From an uncultured Ruminococcus sp. (GTDB lineage: Bacteria; Bacillota; Clostridia; Oscillospirales; CAG-382), in the NCBI GenBank assembly GCA_964402515.1, contig CAYOCM010000003.1, positions 1-47,847 on the forward strand: 47,847 bases of DNA, given 5' to 3'. Positions 1 to 8,902 of this stretch are shown one piece after another (position 1 is the stretch's first letter; the number at the start of each line of letters is the position of its first letter). The notes beneath the pieces are model-generated. The model was not told the origin of the DNA. It saw nothing but the letters and a program-made list of their open reading frames with translations, and made no database searches. The translations under genes and the position numbers were made by a program.

Positions 1-39
1 TGCAAGCAGCAAAACGAGAGACAAAAATCTTTTTTTCAT
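1..39 (-). CDS. 5' end (13 codons) of a secreted or lipoprotein-like protein; the rest lies outside the window
   Basis: The reverse complement reads ATG AAA AAA AGA TTT TTG TCT CTC GTT TTG CTG CTT GCA (MKKRFLSLVLLLA), a basic N-region plus hydrophobic core. AGGAGG (48-53) lies 8 nt upstream of the ATG at 39-37. Confidence 0.5.
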   Translation of the reverse strand, partial: MKKRFLSLVLLLA

Positions 40-104
40 GTTGTTTACCTCCTATTATAATATTTATTCGAGCTTGTTTGGGCAGTATCCTTTTATCCAT
101 TGTC

Positions 105-133
105 ATAGTATCACAAGCAAAGCGCTTTGTCAA
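105..133 (-). promoter_or_regulatory. Sigma-A type promoter for the leftward gene starting at 39
   Basis: On the minus strand: TTGACA (133-128), 17 nt spacer, TACTAT (110-105), with TG at the extended -10 position. Confidence 0.5.
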
Positions 134-176
134 CATATTTTCAGCGTCACCATAGGATTATTTCGGCACAATGCAC

Positions 177-200
177 AAAAGCCCTCGAATGAGGGCTTTT
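177..200 (-). terminator. Rho-independent terminator after rpoD
   Basis: Perfect inverted repeat AAAAGCCCTC-GAAT-GAGGGCTTTT, 10 nt beyond the rpoD stop (211-213). On the minus strand the GC stem is followed by TTTTGTGCATT. Confidence 0.75.
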
Positions 201-210
201 GAGGTGCGGT

Positions 211-1323
211 TTATTCAAGATAATCTTTAAGTTTTTTGCTGCGCGAGGGGTGACGCAGTTTGCGCAGGGCTTTTGCCTCAATCTGGCGAATGCGTTCGCG
301 GGTGATGTCAAACTCTCTGCCGACTTCCTCGAGCGTGCGAGGCCTGCCGTCGTCAAGGCCGAAACGCAGCTTGAGCACCGCTTCTTCACGTGCGGTCAGC
401 GTGTGAAGAACCTCTTGCAACTGCTCGCGCAGCATCATGTATGTTGCGGCGTCGGCGGGAGCGGGGGTGTTGTCATCGGCGATAAAATCGCCGAGATGAC
501 TGTCTTCTTCTTCGCCTATCGGCATTTCAAGCGAAACCGGTTCCTGCGCTATTTTAAGTATCTCACGCACTTTTTCAACAGATATGCCCATCTGTTCGGC
601 GATCTCTTCTTCGGTGGCGTCGCGGCCGAGGTCCTGCAAGAGCTGACGCGAAACGCGCAATACTTTGTTGATGGTTTCAACCATATGAACAGGTATTCTT
701 ATCGTGCGTGCCTGATCGGCTATCGCGCGGGTTATTGCCTGTCTTATCCACCATGTAGCATAAGTCGAAAATTTATATCCCTTGCCGTAATCAAATTTTT
801 CGACCGCTTTCATAAGGCCGAGATTGCCCTCTTGAATGAGGTCGAGAAAATACATTCCGCGGTTAACATAGCGCTTTGCAATACTGACTACCAGACGCAA
901 GTTTGCTTCGACCAATTGGTTTTTTGCGTCTTTGTCGCCCTGCGACATGCGATATGCAAGTTCGAGTTCGCGGTCTGCCGATAAAAGAGGAACTTTGCCT
1001 ATTTCTTTTAAGTACATTCTGACGGGATCGTCTATCGATACGCCCTCTTGTGACAAGATCTCGCCGACTTCTTCGGGGTTATCGTCAACGGGTTCTTCTT
1101 CGATATCATCGGGCAGATCGTCGGCGACTTCTTCATAACTGCCGCCTTCGTTGTCAATGGCTACGGCAATGCCCTCGGCTTCGAGTGCTTCATAAAGCAT
1201 CTCGAGTTTTTCGATAGTTACGTCGGTGTCCTCAAGCGAAATCAGTATATCGTGCGGAGTAACTGTTCCGCCGGCGGATATTATTTCCTGCAGCTCGGGG
1301 CTGATGATGTTGTTTTGTGACAT
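211..1323 (-). CDS. rpoD: RNA polymerase primary sigma factor (sigma-70/SigA)
   Basis: 370 aa. Region 2 reads [41 protein letters not shown] and region 4 reads [30 protein letters not shown]. It has an acidic N-terminal region and sits downstream of dnaG. Confidence 0.97.
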   Translation of the reverse strand: MSQNNIISPELQEIISAGGTVTPHDILISLEDTDVTIEKLEMLYEALEAEGIAVAIDNEGGSYEEVADDLPDDIEEEPVDDNPEEVGEILSQEGVSIDDPVRMYLKEIGKVPLLSADRELELAYRMSQGDKDAKNQLVEANLRLVVSIAKRYVNRGMYFLDLIQEGNLGLMKAVEKFDYGKGYKFSTYATWWIRQAITRAIADQARTIRIPVHMVETINKVLRVSRQLLQDLGRDATEEEIAEQMGISVEKVREILKIAQEPVSLEMPIGEEEDSHLGDFIADDNTPAPADAATYMMLREQLQEVLHTLTAREEAVLKLRFGLDDGRPRTLEEVGREFDITRERIRQIEAKALRKLRHPSRSKKLKDYLE

Positions 1324-1371
1324 TTCGGTTATCCTTTCGGTTTATGCTTATTCGTATATGTAAAGTGTGTA

Positions 1372-3144
1372 TCAGGTCTGATTTTTGCGTTTTTTGTCAA
1401 TGTATGCCTGTAAGGCGGCGGCACCGCCGGATTCAAGCTCGCTGTCGGCACGCTTTTTTTCACGCAGGTCTTTAAGCCGCGCGGCAGTCGCACGCAGTGT
1501 GTCGGCGTCGTTGCTGCCCAAGTTTCGGCGTATGGCGATATATCTTGTTATCTCCGAGATCTCTGCGGTATTCAGTATGCCGTCTTTGCTGAGTATCACC
1601 TCGCGACCTTCGACAAAGTCGGGTTCAAACAGGCAAAACACACGTCTGTTGAATTCTGTGGCAAAATCGTCGGCGGTAAGTATTTGCGAACCGGTTATGC
1701 CGAGTTCCGGTATCAGCAGCATCATGCCCAGCAGTGTTTGCTCGAGCAATGCTTCCGATGAGTATTTCAGCCTGTCGGCGTTGACTCGGTTGCCGTATCC
1801 TTCGGATGCCCTTACGGCGTCGGCGGAGGCTTTTTTGATTTTTGCCGCTTTTGCGCGCGAATGTTTGCGGTTGGCCTCGTCAAGCAACGCTTTTGACGTA
1901 AGCGAGAGCCTGTCGGCAACGCGCGAGGAATATACCTCGCGTTCTATGGCGTTTTCAAGCGAAGCGATAAGGTCGGTTAACTCTTCCGCCGCGTGCAGTT
2001 TATCGTCCGGTGACGAGATATTGTATTTTGATATTATCTGATCTATTCTGAAATCGACCTGTCCTACAGACGAACTCAGTTTGTTTGCAAATGCGGCACT
2101 GCCGTATTTTTTGATAAATTCGTCGGGATCTTTGGTGTCGCTTGAAAGCGTTATGATCTCTGATTTAACACCCGCTTCGTCAAGCATCTTTATTGCTTTC
2201 AGCTTGGCTCCCGTGCCTGCCGCATCCATGTCATAGCAGATATATACCGTGTCGGCATAACGCGCTATAAGTCTTGCGTGCTCGGCGGTTATCGCTGTGC
2301 CCAAAGTGGCCACCGCGTTTGAAAAACCCGCCTGATGCAAGGCTATCGCATCCACCGCACCCTCGCACAGTATAAGTTTGCCGCTCTTATCGTTTTTTGC
2401 GATGTTGAGCCCGAACAGCAGTTTGCTTTTTTTGAACGCGGGTGTGTCGGACGTGTTTATATATTTGCGTTCGTCGTTTTCGTTAAGCCGTCGGCACGAA
2501 AACGCAACCACTTCGCCTTGGACACTCATTATCGGTATGACAAGTCGGTTTTTAAATATGTCATAAAGTTTGCCGGTCTTTTTTGATCTTGCGGCCAAAA
2601 AAGACGCAATAAGTTCGTCATCGGTATATCCCTTGCTTTTGAGATGATCGACAAGAGAGGTCCATCTGTCGGGCGCATAGCCGAATCCGAAACGTTTTAC
2701 GGTCAGCGAAGTGTATCCGCGTTTGGATATATATTCGCGCGCTGCCATGCCTTCGTCCGAAAACAGCCTGTCTCTGTAAAATCTTGCCGCGTCGGTGGTT
2801 GCGGCTATGACTCTGTCGCGCCTTACGGACGATTCCGATGTTTTTGTGCCGTCTTCTTCGATGGGGATACCCGCGCGTTCCGCTAAAAATCTGATCGCGT
2901 CGGGATATTCCAGTCCTTCGGCTCGCATTGTGAACGAAACAACGTCGCCGCCCGCGCTGCAGCCGAAGCAATAAAATGTGCGTGTTGACGGAAATACCGT
3001 AAACGACGGTGTTTTTTCGCTGTGGAACGGACACAGCCCGTTATAATTTGAACCCGCGTGTTTTAACGCGACATATCGGCTCACAACGTCGTATATGTCG
3101 TTGCGGTCTCTGATTTCATCGAGAAATGCGCGCGAAAACGCCAT
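1372..3144 (-). CDS. dnaG: DNA primase
   Basis: 590 aa. Zinc-ribbon CPFHSEKTPSFTVF...CFGCSAGGDVVSF, TOPRIM motif ILCEGAVDAIAL, and the classic dnaG-rpoD order. Confidence 0.96.
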   Translation of the reverse strand: MAFSRAFLDEIRDRNDIYDVVSRYVALKHAGSNYNGLCPFHSEKTPSFTVFPSTRTFYCFGCSAGGDVVSFTMRAEGLEYPDAIRFLAERAGIPIEEDGTKTSESSVRRDRVIAATTDAARFYRDRLFSDEGMAAREYISKRGYTSLTVKRFGFGYAPDRWTSLVDHLKSKGYTDDELIASFLAARSKKTGKLYDIFKNRLVIPIMSVQGEVVAFSCRRLNENDERKYINTSDTPAFKKSKLLFGLNIAKNDKSGKLILCEGAVDAIALHQAGFSNAVATLGTAITAEHARLIARYADTVYICYDMDAAGTGAKLKAIKMLDEAGVKSEIITLSSDTKDPDEFIKKYGSAAFANKLSSSVGQVDFRIDQIISKYNISSPDDKLHAAEELTDLIASLENAIEREVYSSRVADRLSLTSKALLDEANRKHSRAKAAKIKKASADAVRASEGYGNRVNADRLKYSSEALLEQTLLGMMLLIPELGITGSQILTADDFATEFNRRVFCLFEPDFVEGREVILSKDGILNTAEISEITRYIAIRRNLGSNDADTLRATAARLKDLREKKRADSELESGGAAALQAYIDKKRKNQT

Positions 3145-3172
3145 GCCGTTCCCTCCTTATATGTGTTAAAAG

Positions 3173-4186
3173 TCATTGATGAGTTGTTTTATACGACGGC
3201 CAAACCCGCGGCACAAACAGATTTTCGTATGTAGATATCGCAAACCTGTCTGTCATTCCGGCAAGATGGTCGCACACGGCTCTTTCGATACCGTCGGTTT
3301 CGGCTACGGTGCGCAGTTCCGGCGGCAATTCGTCGGTATGTTTTAAATAATGTTCAAACAGCGATTGCATCAGCCCCAAGACCTTTGCATCTTCGCTGCG
3401 CGCGTCGCGGTGGCCGTATACACGGTCGAACATAAACTCACGCAGATTCATCATTGCCTGTCCCTCGGGTTTTGTCATGCCTATCTCGCCTTTATCTACG
3501 CCGTTGGCTATGACTGCCGTGACCATAGAGGTTATGCGTTCGCTGTGAGTATTGCCGAGAACCTCGCATATGTCGCGCGGAATATCGTCTTTGTCAAGCA
3601 GTCCGGCACGAATCGCATCGTCGATGTCGTGGTTGAGATAAGCAATGCGATCGGCATATTTTATCAGCTGCCCTTCAAGTGTGCAGGCTTTGTTTGAGCC
3701 GGAGTGATTTAATATGCCGTCTCTTACCTCAAATGTAAGGTTCAGTCCTTTGCCGTTTGATTCGAGTCTGTCGACAACGCGCAGACTTTGCTCATAATGC
3801 TTAAAACCTCCGGGCATTATAAAATCAAGTGCTTTTTCGCCGGAATGCCCGAAAGGAGTATGCCCCAAGTCATGGCCGAGCGCCGCCGCTTCGGTAAGAT
3901 CTTCGTTAAGGCACATAGCACGCGCCAGAGTGCGCGCGATCTGAGTGACCTCAAGCGTGTGAGTGAGCCGTGTGCGGTAATGGTCGCCTTCGGGAGAGAT
4001 AAACACCTGCATCTTGTTCATCAGACGCCTGAATGCTTTGCTGTGCGTTATGCGGTCGCGGTCGCGCTGAAAATCGGTGCGTACCGGGCAGTCGTCGATA
4101 GGGTACATCCTGCCTTTTGTATCAATGGTGTGAAACGCCTGAGGACACAGATAAAAGCGCTCGCGCTCGAGAGTGACGTTCTTCAT
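3173..4186 (-). CDS. dgt: HD-domain dNTP triphosphohydrolase-like protein (dGTPase family)
   Basis: 337 aa. HD motif RLTHTLEVTQIARTLA...GHDLGHTPFGH. It lies immediately upstream of dnaG, as in many Firmicutes. Confidence 0.88.
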   Translation of the reverse strand: MKNVTLERERFYLCPQAFHTIDTKGRMYPIDDCPVRTDFQRDRDRITHSKAFRRLMNKMQVFISPEGDHYRTRLTHTLEVTQIARTLARAMCLNEDLTEAAALGHDLGHTPFGHSGEKALDFIMPGGFKHYEQSLRVVDRLESNGKGLNLTFEVRDGILNHSGSNKACTLEGQLIKYADRIAYLNHDIDDAIRAGLLDKDDIPRDICEVLGNTHSERITSMVTAVIANGVDKGEIGMTKPEGQAMMNLREFMFDRVYGHRDARSEDAKVLGLMQSLFEHYLKHTDELPPELRTVAETDGIERAVCDHLAGMTDRFAISTYENLFVPRVWPSYKTTHQ

Positions 4187-4209
4187 TTGATATCCCTCCG
4201 TAAATCAAA

Positions 4210-5874
4210 TTATATATCTCTTCGCTTAAAGTTAGATAAGGCACAGAAAAGCCAGAGTGCCGTCAGCAAAAGATTTATTATCAGACCGTATGCTATGTTG
4301 CCTGCGTTTCTTGTGTCGGCGCCGAAAAACATATTAAACAAATTGTAAATTTCATAATAAGAAGGCGTGCATGTTATGCCTAAACCGATGTGTTCCCATA
4401 TAGCCGTGTATGTGAGAGGGAAAACGGCATATGCAACCGCGCTGTAAAGCATCACGATAAGCGACGAGACGGTCGAAAACATCGTACTTGCTATGCCCAG
4501 CAGAGTTCCCGCGGCCGAATTGCGTGTAAGTGTGGCAAACATAAGCGCAAGTGTACCCAACATTACGGACGAGGCGCAACAGCAAATAAATTCAAACAAC
4601 ATATGAATAGGATAGGTTATCGCCGTTATATTGCCGAAGAAATCGATAAATATCGGTTGCAAAAAGTCGCCGCCTCCCGTGGTGATAAGCGTCAAGGCGA
4701 TATGCAATACCAAGCAAGCCGAATAGACCGATATTGCGGTTATTGTCGCCGCATAAAATTTGCTTTGCATTATTTTTTTTCGGCTTACCGGTCTTATGAG
4801 CAGCATATTGACCGTTTTTGGTGAAAACTCACTCGCCGCAACCGTGCTGAATATTATCAGCGCAAATATATAAAGTGTTGAAAAATTGCCGAAAAATGCG
4901 TTTGCCGCCGTGCGTGCGTCGCCGCTTGCGGCGACATCGTATACGCTGTGATCAAGGCAATATCTGCCTGTTTTCAGCTCGGTGCGGTATTCGTCGAATG
5001 TCGATCTGCGGCCATCGAGATATTCGTTATATGAATCGGTATTCGGTCTGCTTGTGTCATAACCGTATTCATAAACGGTAAGATCGCCGTAACGGTTTTC
5101 TGTGTATTGAACGATGTTTACGGCCTGTTTTGCCATTGCGTCGTTAAAATCAAGGTCGTTATCGACAATATATTTATAAGCATACAGCGCCGCCTCATAA
5201 AATTCGCATCTTATACGATGCTGCATTATCTCTGCTTCGCTCGAATCGCCTTGCAGGTCGGCCGTTTTTTTATATTCGGTATAATCGGTCTGCTTTTGCG
5301 CATAAAGTTCGCCTATGTGATCGGCATATCTCATATCGCGCAGTTTGACCGAATATTCATCGCACTCTTCTGACATTCGTTTGAAATCGTCAAAAGTAAA
5401 ATCACGGCAGTCGCTTGTTTTGCCGTTTATGCAATCCCATATGTATTCGGCATACTCTTTGCCGTTTTCGATTTGATCGACAACAATGTTTGCGGTTGCG
5501 GCAGAAATCATTCGGTTGTAAAAAATGTTATAACGCCAATCGTTTGAATCTTTTATTCCCAAATCGTATGCATACCGATAAAGACGTGCGTATTCATTCA
5601 TTTCAAGCACGGCAAGTCCCACAGGGACCGTTTCTCTGTCAAAAAACGAATCATAAGGTGTGTCGCCGTTTTTGATATCTTCGGCACGCGAGAGATAGTA
5701 TTCGGCTTCGTCCAAAGTGGATATTTCATAACCGTAAGACGACAAAAGTACATAATTGCAAAACGACAGTAAAGTTAAAGCCAAAAGTATTGCGGCAAAA
5801 ACAACATTTATCTTGCGCGCCTTGATTTTAATGAGTTCGTTGCGTGTGAGAACCGATAATTTTATATTTTGCAT
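4210..5874 (-). CDS. ABC-2 type transporter permease with a large extracytoplasmic domain
   Basis: 554 aa. One N-terminal TM helix (VVFAAILLALTLLSFCNYVLL), then a ~290-aa Tyr/Asp/Glu-rich hydrophilic domain, then about 5 C-terminal TM helices. It starts 13 nt downstream of the ABC ATPase. Confidence 0.8.
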   Translation of the reverse strand: MQNIKLSVLTRNELIKIKARKINVVFAAILLALTLLSFCNYVLLSSYGYEISTLDEAEYYLSRAEDIKNGDTPYDSFFDRETVPVGLAVLEMNEYARLYRYAYDLGIKDSNDWRYNIFYNRMISAATANIVVDQIENGKEYAEYIWDCINGKTSDCRDFTFDDFKRMSEECDEYSVKLRDMRYADHIGELYAQKQTDYTEYKKTADLQGDSSEAEIMQHRIRCEFYEAALYAYKYIVDNDLDFNDAMAKQAVNIVQYTENRYGDLTVYEYGYDTSRPNTDSYNEYLDGRRSTFDEYRTELKTGRYCLDHSVYDVAASGDARTAANAFFGNFSTLYIFALIIFSTVAASEFSPKTVNMLLIRPVSRKKIMQSKFYAATITAISVYSACLVLHIALTLITTGGGDFLQPIFIDFFGNITAITYPIHMLFEFICCCASSVMLGTLALMFATLTRNSAAGTLLGIASTMFSTVSSLIVMLYSAVAYAVFPLTYTAIWEHIGLGITCTPSYYEIYNLFNMFFGADTRNAGNIAYGLIINLLLTALWLFCALSNFKRRDI

Positions 5875-5887
5875 AACGAACCTCGCT

Positions 5888-6802
5888 TTAATCTATCTGC
5901 CTCGGGGCCGAGCCGGTGATCTCGAGATATGCGTCCTCGAGTGTGGGATGATCGTTTGTGATGGTATAAATATCTATAAAAGCACCAACCATTTCGCGCA
6001 CCGATCCCGCGGACATTTCGGCCGTAAGCATCGCCGACGCAAACTTGCCGTCGATATGCGCATCGGGGTCAAAGCGGCGCAATATCTCAAGCGTTTTGTC
6101 TGTATCGGATGTGTTGAATATATATTTTGTGCGTGTTTCGGCACTGTGAGATGTCAGCTCTTCTGTCGAGCGTGTGGCGACTATGCGTCCGTTTTCGATG
6201 ATGCAGACTCTGTTGCACATCAATTGCATTTCGGATAACTGATGCGAAGAAACAAGCACCGCAGAACCGTTTGCCGCGCACGAGCGCAATATGTCACGCA
6301 GTTCTTTTATACCTTCGGGGTCGAGCCCGTTGGTGGGTTCGTCCAATATCAAAAGCTTTGGCGACGTCAAAAGCGCCTGCGCTATGCCCAAACGCTGTTT
6401 CATGCCGAGCGAATAATTTTTTACTTTTTCGTCAAGCCTGTTTGAAAGCCTCACCATCTCGGCGACCGCGGTGACACGGTCCGACGAAACTCCGCAAATG
6501 CGTGCGAACTGCATCAGGTTTTCACGCCCTGTGAGATATGTGTAAAGTTCGGGGCTCTCAACTATAGCTCCGACGTTTGCAAGCGCAAGGTCGTGTTCGG
6601 ATGCAATATCGTGTCCGCAGATGCGCACCGTGCCGCAATCGGCATACAGCAGGCCCAAAATGATCTTTATCGCAGTTGTCTTGCCTGCTCCGTTGGGACC
6701 GAGAAAACCGGTTATATCGCCGCTGTCAACCGTAAAACTTATGTTGTCAAGGACGCGGCGCATCTTAAAACTCTTGCTTATGCCGCATACTTCGAGTACC
6801 AT
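5888..6802 (-). CDS. ABC transporter ATP-binding protein
   Basis: Walker A GPNGAGKTT, signature YSLGMKQRL, Walker B LLILDEPTNGLD. I place the start at ATG 6802 (MVLEVCGISKSF) because GGGAGA lies 8 nt upstream. The ORF-track extension to 6904 is AT-rich leader. Confidence 0.92.
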   Translation of the reverse strand: MVLEVCGISKSFKMRRVLDNISFTVDSGDITGFLGPNGAGKTTAIKIILGLLYADCGTVRICGHDIASEHDLALANVGAIVESPELYTYLTGRENLMQFARICGVSSDRVTAVAEMVRLSNRLDEKVKNYSLGMKQRLGIAQALLTSPKLLILDEPTNGLDPEGIKELRDILRSCAANGSAVLVSSHQLSEMQLMCNRVCIIENGRIVATRSTEELTSHSAETRTKYIFNTSDTDKTLEILRRFDPDAHIDGKFASAMLTAEMSAGSVREMVGAFIDIYTITNDHPTLEDAYLEITGSAPRQID

Positions 6803-6921
6803 AACTGCGTCTCCCTTTGCTTTTTTACATACATATATACGCATCCAAAACGCAAAAACCCTCTTTTTTGCCGATAAAAAATCAAAAAAATCGCTTTGCG
6901 GCATATTTTTTGCTTAATTGC

Positions 6922-6950
6922 TTGCTTTTTTAAAAAAGATGTGCTAAAAT
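6922..6950 (+). promoter_or_regulatory. Sigma-A type promoter for the 6986-21609 gene string
   Basis: TTGCTT (6922-6927), 17 nt spacer, TAAAAT (6945-6950), with TG at 6942-6943 (extended -10). It lies 36 nt upstream of the ATG at 6986. Confidence 0.5.
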
Positions 6951-6985
6951 TTTAGCTTGAATAAGTATGAAAGTGAGCGCGCCCG

Positions 6986-7822
6986 ATGTTCGGTTATATC
7001 CGTCCCGTTGAAGACGAACTGTATGTTAAAGACCTTACGCTCTACAGGGCGGTATATTGCGGCATGTGCAAGTACGGCGGCAAGCGTATCTCAAGGTTCA
7101 CAAGATTCTTTTTAAACTATGATTTTGTTTTGCTTGCGCTTTTGCGTCTGTCGCTCGGCAATGCCGAAACAAGCCTTGTCGACGCAAGATGTCCGTATAA
7201 ACTCAAAAAGCACAAAATGCTTTTTTCGGACGATGTCTATGCACACGTCTGCTCGTGTTTTGCGATATTGACTTATCTTAATAATGAAGACGATATCGCC
7301 GACGGCGGCGGATTTAAGTCGCTTGCTTTAAGGCCGTTGCTTAAACATATGTGCCGCAGTACAAACGGCTATGACGGCTTTTATGAACGCACGGTAAAAC
7401 ACCTTGACGAACTGTCGGCACTCGAAAAAGCAAAAAGCGGCGATATAGATTCCGTTGCAAACTGTTTTGCGCTTATTTTGAGCGATGCGGCATCTATGGG
7501 GCTTGACGGTATAAGCGCCGAGATCGCGCGGCAGTGCGGCCTGCACCTCGGCAGATTTGTTTATCTCATAGACGCATACGACGATCTTGCCGACGATGCA
7601 AGCAAAGGTTCTTATAATCCGTTTCTGTGCAGATACGGCAGCCTTGACAAGGCGCTTGAACATAAAAACGATATCGAGACCACGCTCACAGACAGTGTGA
7701 ATGCGTTTTCGGCGGTATACGGCTTGGCCGATAAAACAGAATTTGACAGGCTTATATATAACATTTCGGAGCTTGGCGGCAGGCACGCCGTCTTTAAGAT
7801 TTCAAAGGAGTATTCACAGTGA
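6986..7822 (+). CDS. Uncharacterised protein, DUF5685-like; carries two DDxxD motifs
   Basis: 278 aa. The N-terminus [29 protein letters not shown] matches my memory of the DUF5685 family (not verified). DDIAD at aa 102-106 and DDLAD at aa 199-203. The stop overlaps the next gene's start (GTGA). Confidence 0.8.
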   Translation: MFGYIRPVEDELYVKDLTLYRAVYCGMCKYGGKRISRFTRFFLNYDFVLLALLRLSLGNAETSLVDARCPYKLKKHKMLFSDDVYAHVCSCFAILTYLNNEDDIADGGGFKSLALRPLLKHMCRSTNGYDGFYERTVKHLDELSALEKAKSGDIDSVANCFALILSDAASMGLDGISAEIARQCGLHLGRFVYLIDAYDDLADDASKGSYNPFLCRYGSLDKALEHKNDIETTLTDSVNAFSAVYGLADKTEFDRLIYNISELGGRHAVFKISKEYSQ

Positions 7823-8409
7823 CCGATCCCTATGCAGTATTAGGCGTTTCACGCGATGCGACCGATCAGGAGATAAAATCGGCTTATCGCGAGCTTGCAA
7901 AAAAATATCACCCCGACAATTTTGCGGGCAATCCGCTGGCAGACCAGGCGAGCGAAAAGATGAAAGAGATCAACGCCGCATACGACCAGATCAAGAGCGA
8001 ACGTTCGGGCAAGACACGCACGAGATATTCGGCGCCCAATTACAGTTATTCGGCGAGTGCCGCTTTTGCCGAGATAGCCGATCTTATCAATAAAAACCGC
8101 CTTTCTGAGGCCGAAACGCTTTTGCTGAGATTTGCAGAGGCAGAGCGCAATGCCGAATGGCATTATTATATTGGCCATGTTTATTATCGCAGCGGCAGAA
8201 TGGACAGTGCGCGAAACGAGTTTAAAACCGCTTGCGACATGGATCCCACCAACCCCGTGTTTCGCAATGCTTTTGACAGCATGAACAGAGGTTCGGCACA
8301 CAGCCCATACGGCAACGCTCAATATCACACCGTCTGCGGCGAAGGCGACTGTTGCCGCGGTGTAATATGCGCAAACTGTATGTGCAATATGATGAGGTGC
8401 TGTTATTGA
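7819..8409 (+). CDS. J-domain (DnaJ-like) protein with a TPR-like middle region and a C-terminal cysteine string
   Basis: 196 aa. GTG start with AAAGGAG (7804-7810) 8 nt upstream. J domain [33 protein letters not shown] contains the HPD motif. The tail is [25 protein letters not shown] (9 Cys in 25 aa). Confidence 0.88.
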   Translation: MTDPYAVLGVSRDATDQEIKSAYRELAKKYHPDNFAGNPLADQASEKMKEINAAYDQIKSERSGKTRTRYSAPNYSYSASAAFAEIADLINKNRLSEAETLLLRFAEAERNAEWHYYIGHVYYRSGRMDSARNEFKTACDMDPTNPVFRNAFDSMNRGSAHSPYGNAQYHTVCGEGDCCRGVICANCMCNMMRCCY

Positions 8410-8897
8410 TGAAGCACACAAAGCGCGTTGCGGCGGCGGGTATGTTGTCGGCGCTTGCGGTTGTTATAATGTTGATAATAGGGCTTATAGAGTCGTTTGA
8501 TCTTGCCGCGGCATTTTTGGGCGGCATAATCATTTCGGTGGCGCTTATAGAACTCGGTTCCGGCTATGCTCTTGCCGTATGCCTTGTTACCTCGATTTTG
8601 GCAGTTGTTATATTGCCAAACAAACTTGTCTGCATAGAGTTTGCGGGGTTTGCGGGCTGGTATCCCATAGTCAAAAAATATATTGAGCGCATAAGACCGA
8701 CATTTTTGCGTCTTACCGCAAAACTTTTGCTGTTTGCAGCCGTGGTTATTCCCGTGACGGCGTTTGAACTTATAGGAATGCAAAACGTGTGGTATCTGTA
8801 TATCTTTTTTGCGTTTTCATTGATACTCTATGATGTGACATTGCAGTATTTTTCGCTGTTTTACATCAACAACATACAAAAAAAGATCAAGAGGTGA
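8409..8897 (+). CDS. Small polytopic membrane protein, unknown function
   Basis: 162 aa from ATG 8409, which overlaps the upstream TGA (TGATG). About 5 hydrophobic helices (e.g. AAAGMLSALAVVIMLIIGLI, YALAVCLVTSILAVVIL, LLLFAAVVIPVTAF, WYLYIFFAFSLILY). The ORF-track start at 8352 would overlap the J-protein tail. Confidence 0.7.
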   Translation: MKHTKRVAAAGMLSALAVVIMLIIGLIESFDLAAAFLGGIIISVALIELGSGYALAVCLVTSILAVVILPNKLVCIEFAGFAGWYPIVKKYIERIRPTFLRLTAKLLLFAAVVIPVTAFELIGMQNVWYLYIFFAFSLILYDVTLQYFSLFYINNIQKKIKR

Positions 8898-8902
8898 TAT
8901 AA

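Noticed and set aside
6803-6904. N-terminal extensions in the ORF track, e.g. the ABC ATPase to 6904. Similar cases: rpsJ from 35109, rplE from 40950, yceD from 26399, membrane ORF from 8352, trmK-maf to 25206, rpmJ from 47129.
   Set aside because: In each case an internal ATG has a good Shine-Dalgarno and matches the conserved family N-terminus. The extensions run through AT-rich leaders, promoters or the preceding gene.
6924-6937. Perfect 14-nt palindrome CTTTTTTAAAAAAG inside the promoter spacer, considered as a possible operator
   Set aside because: It is a pure A/T homopolymer palindrome in an AT-rich intergenic region, so it is easily produced by chance. It has no second copy in the window.
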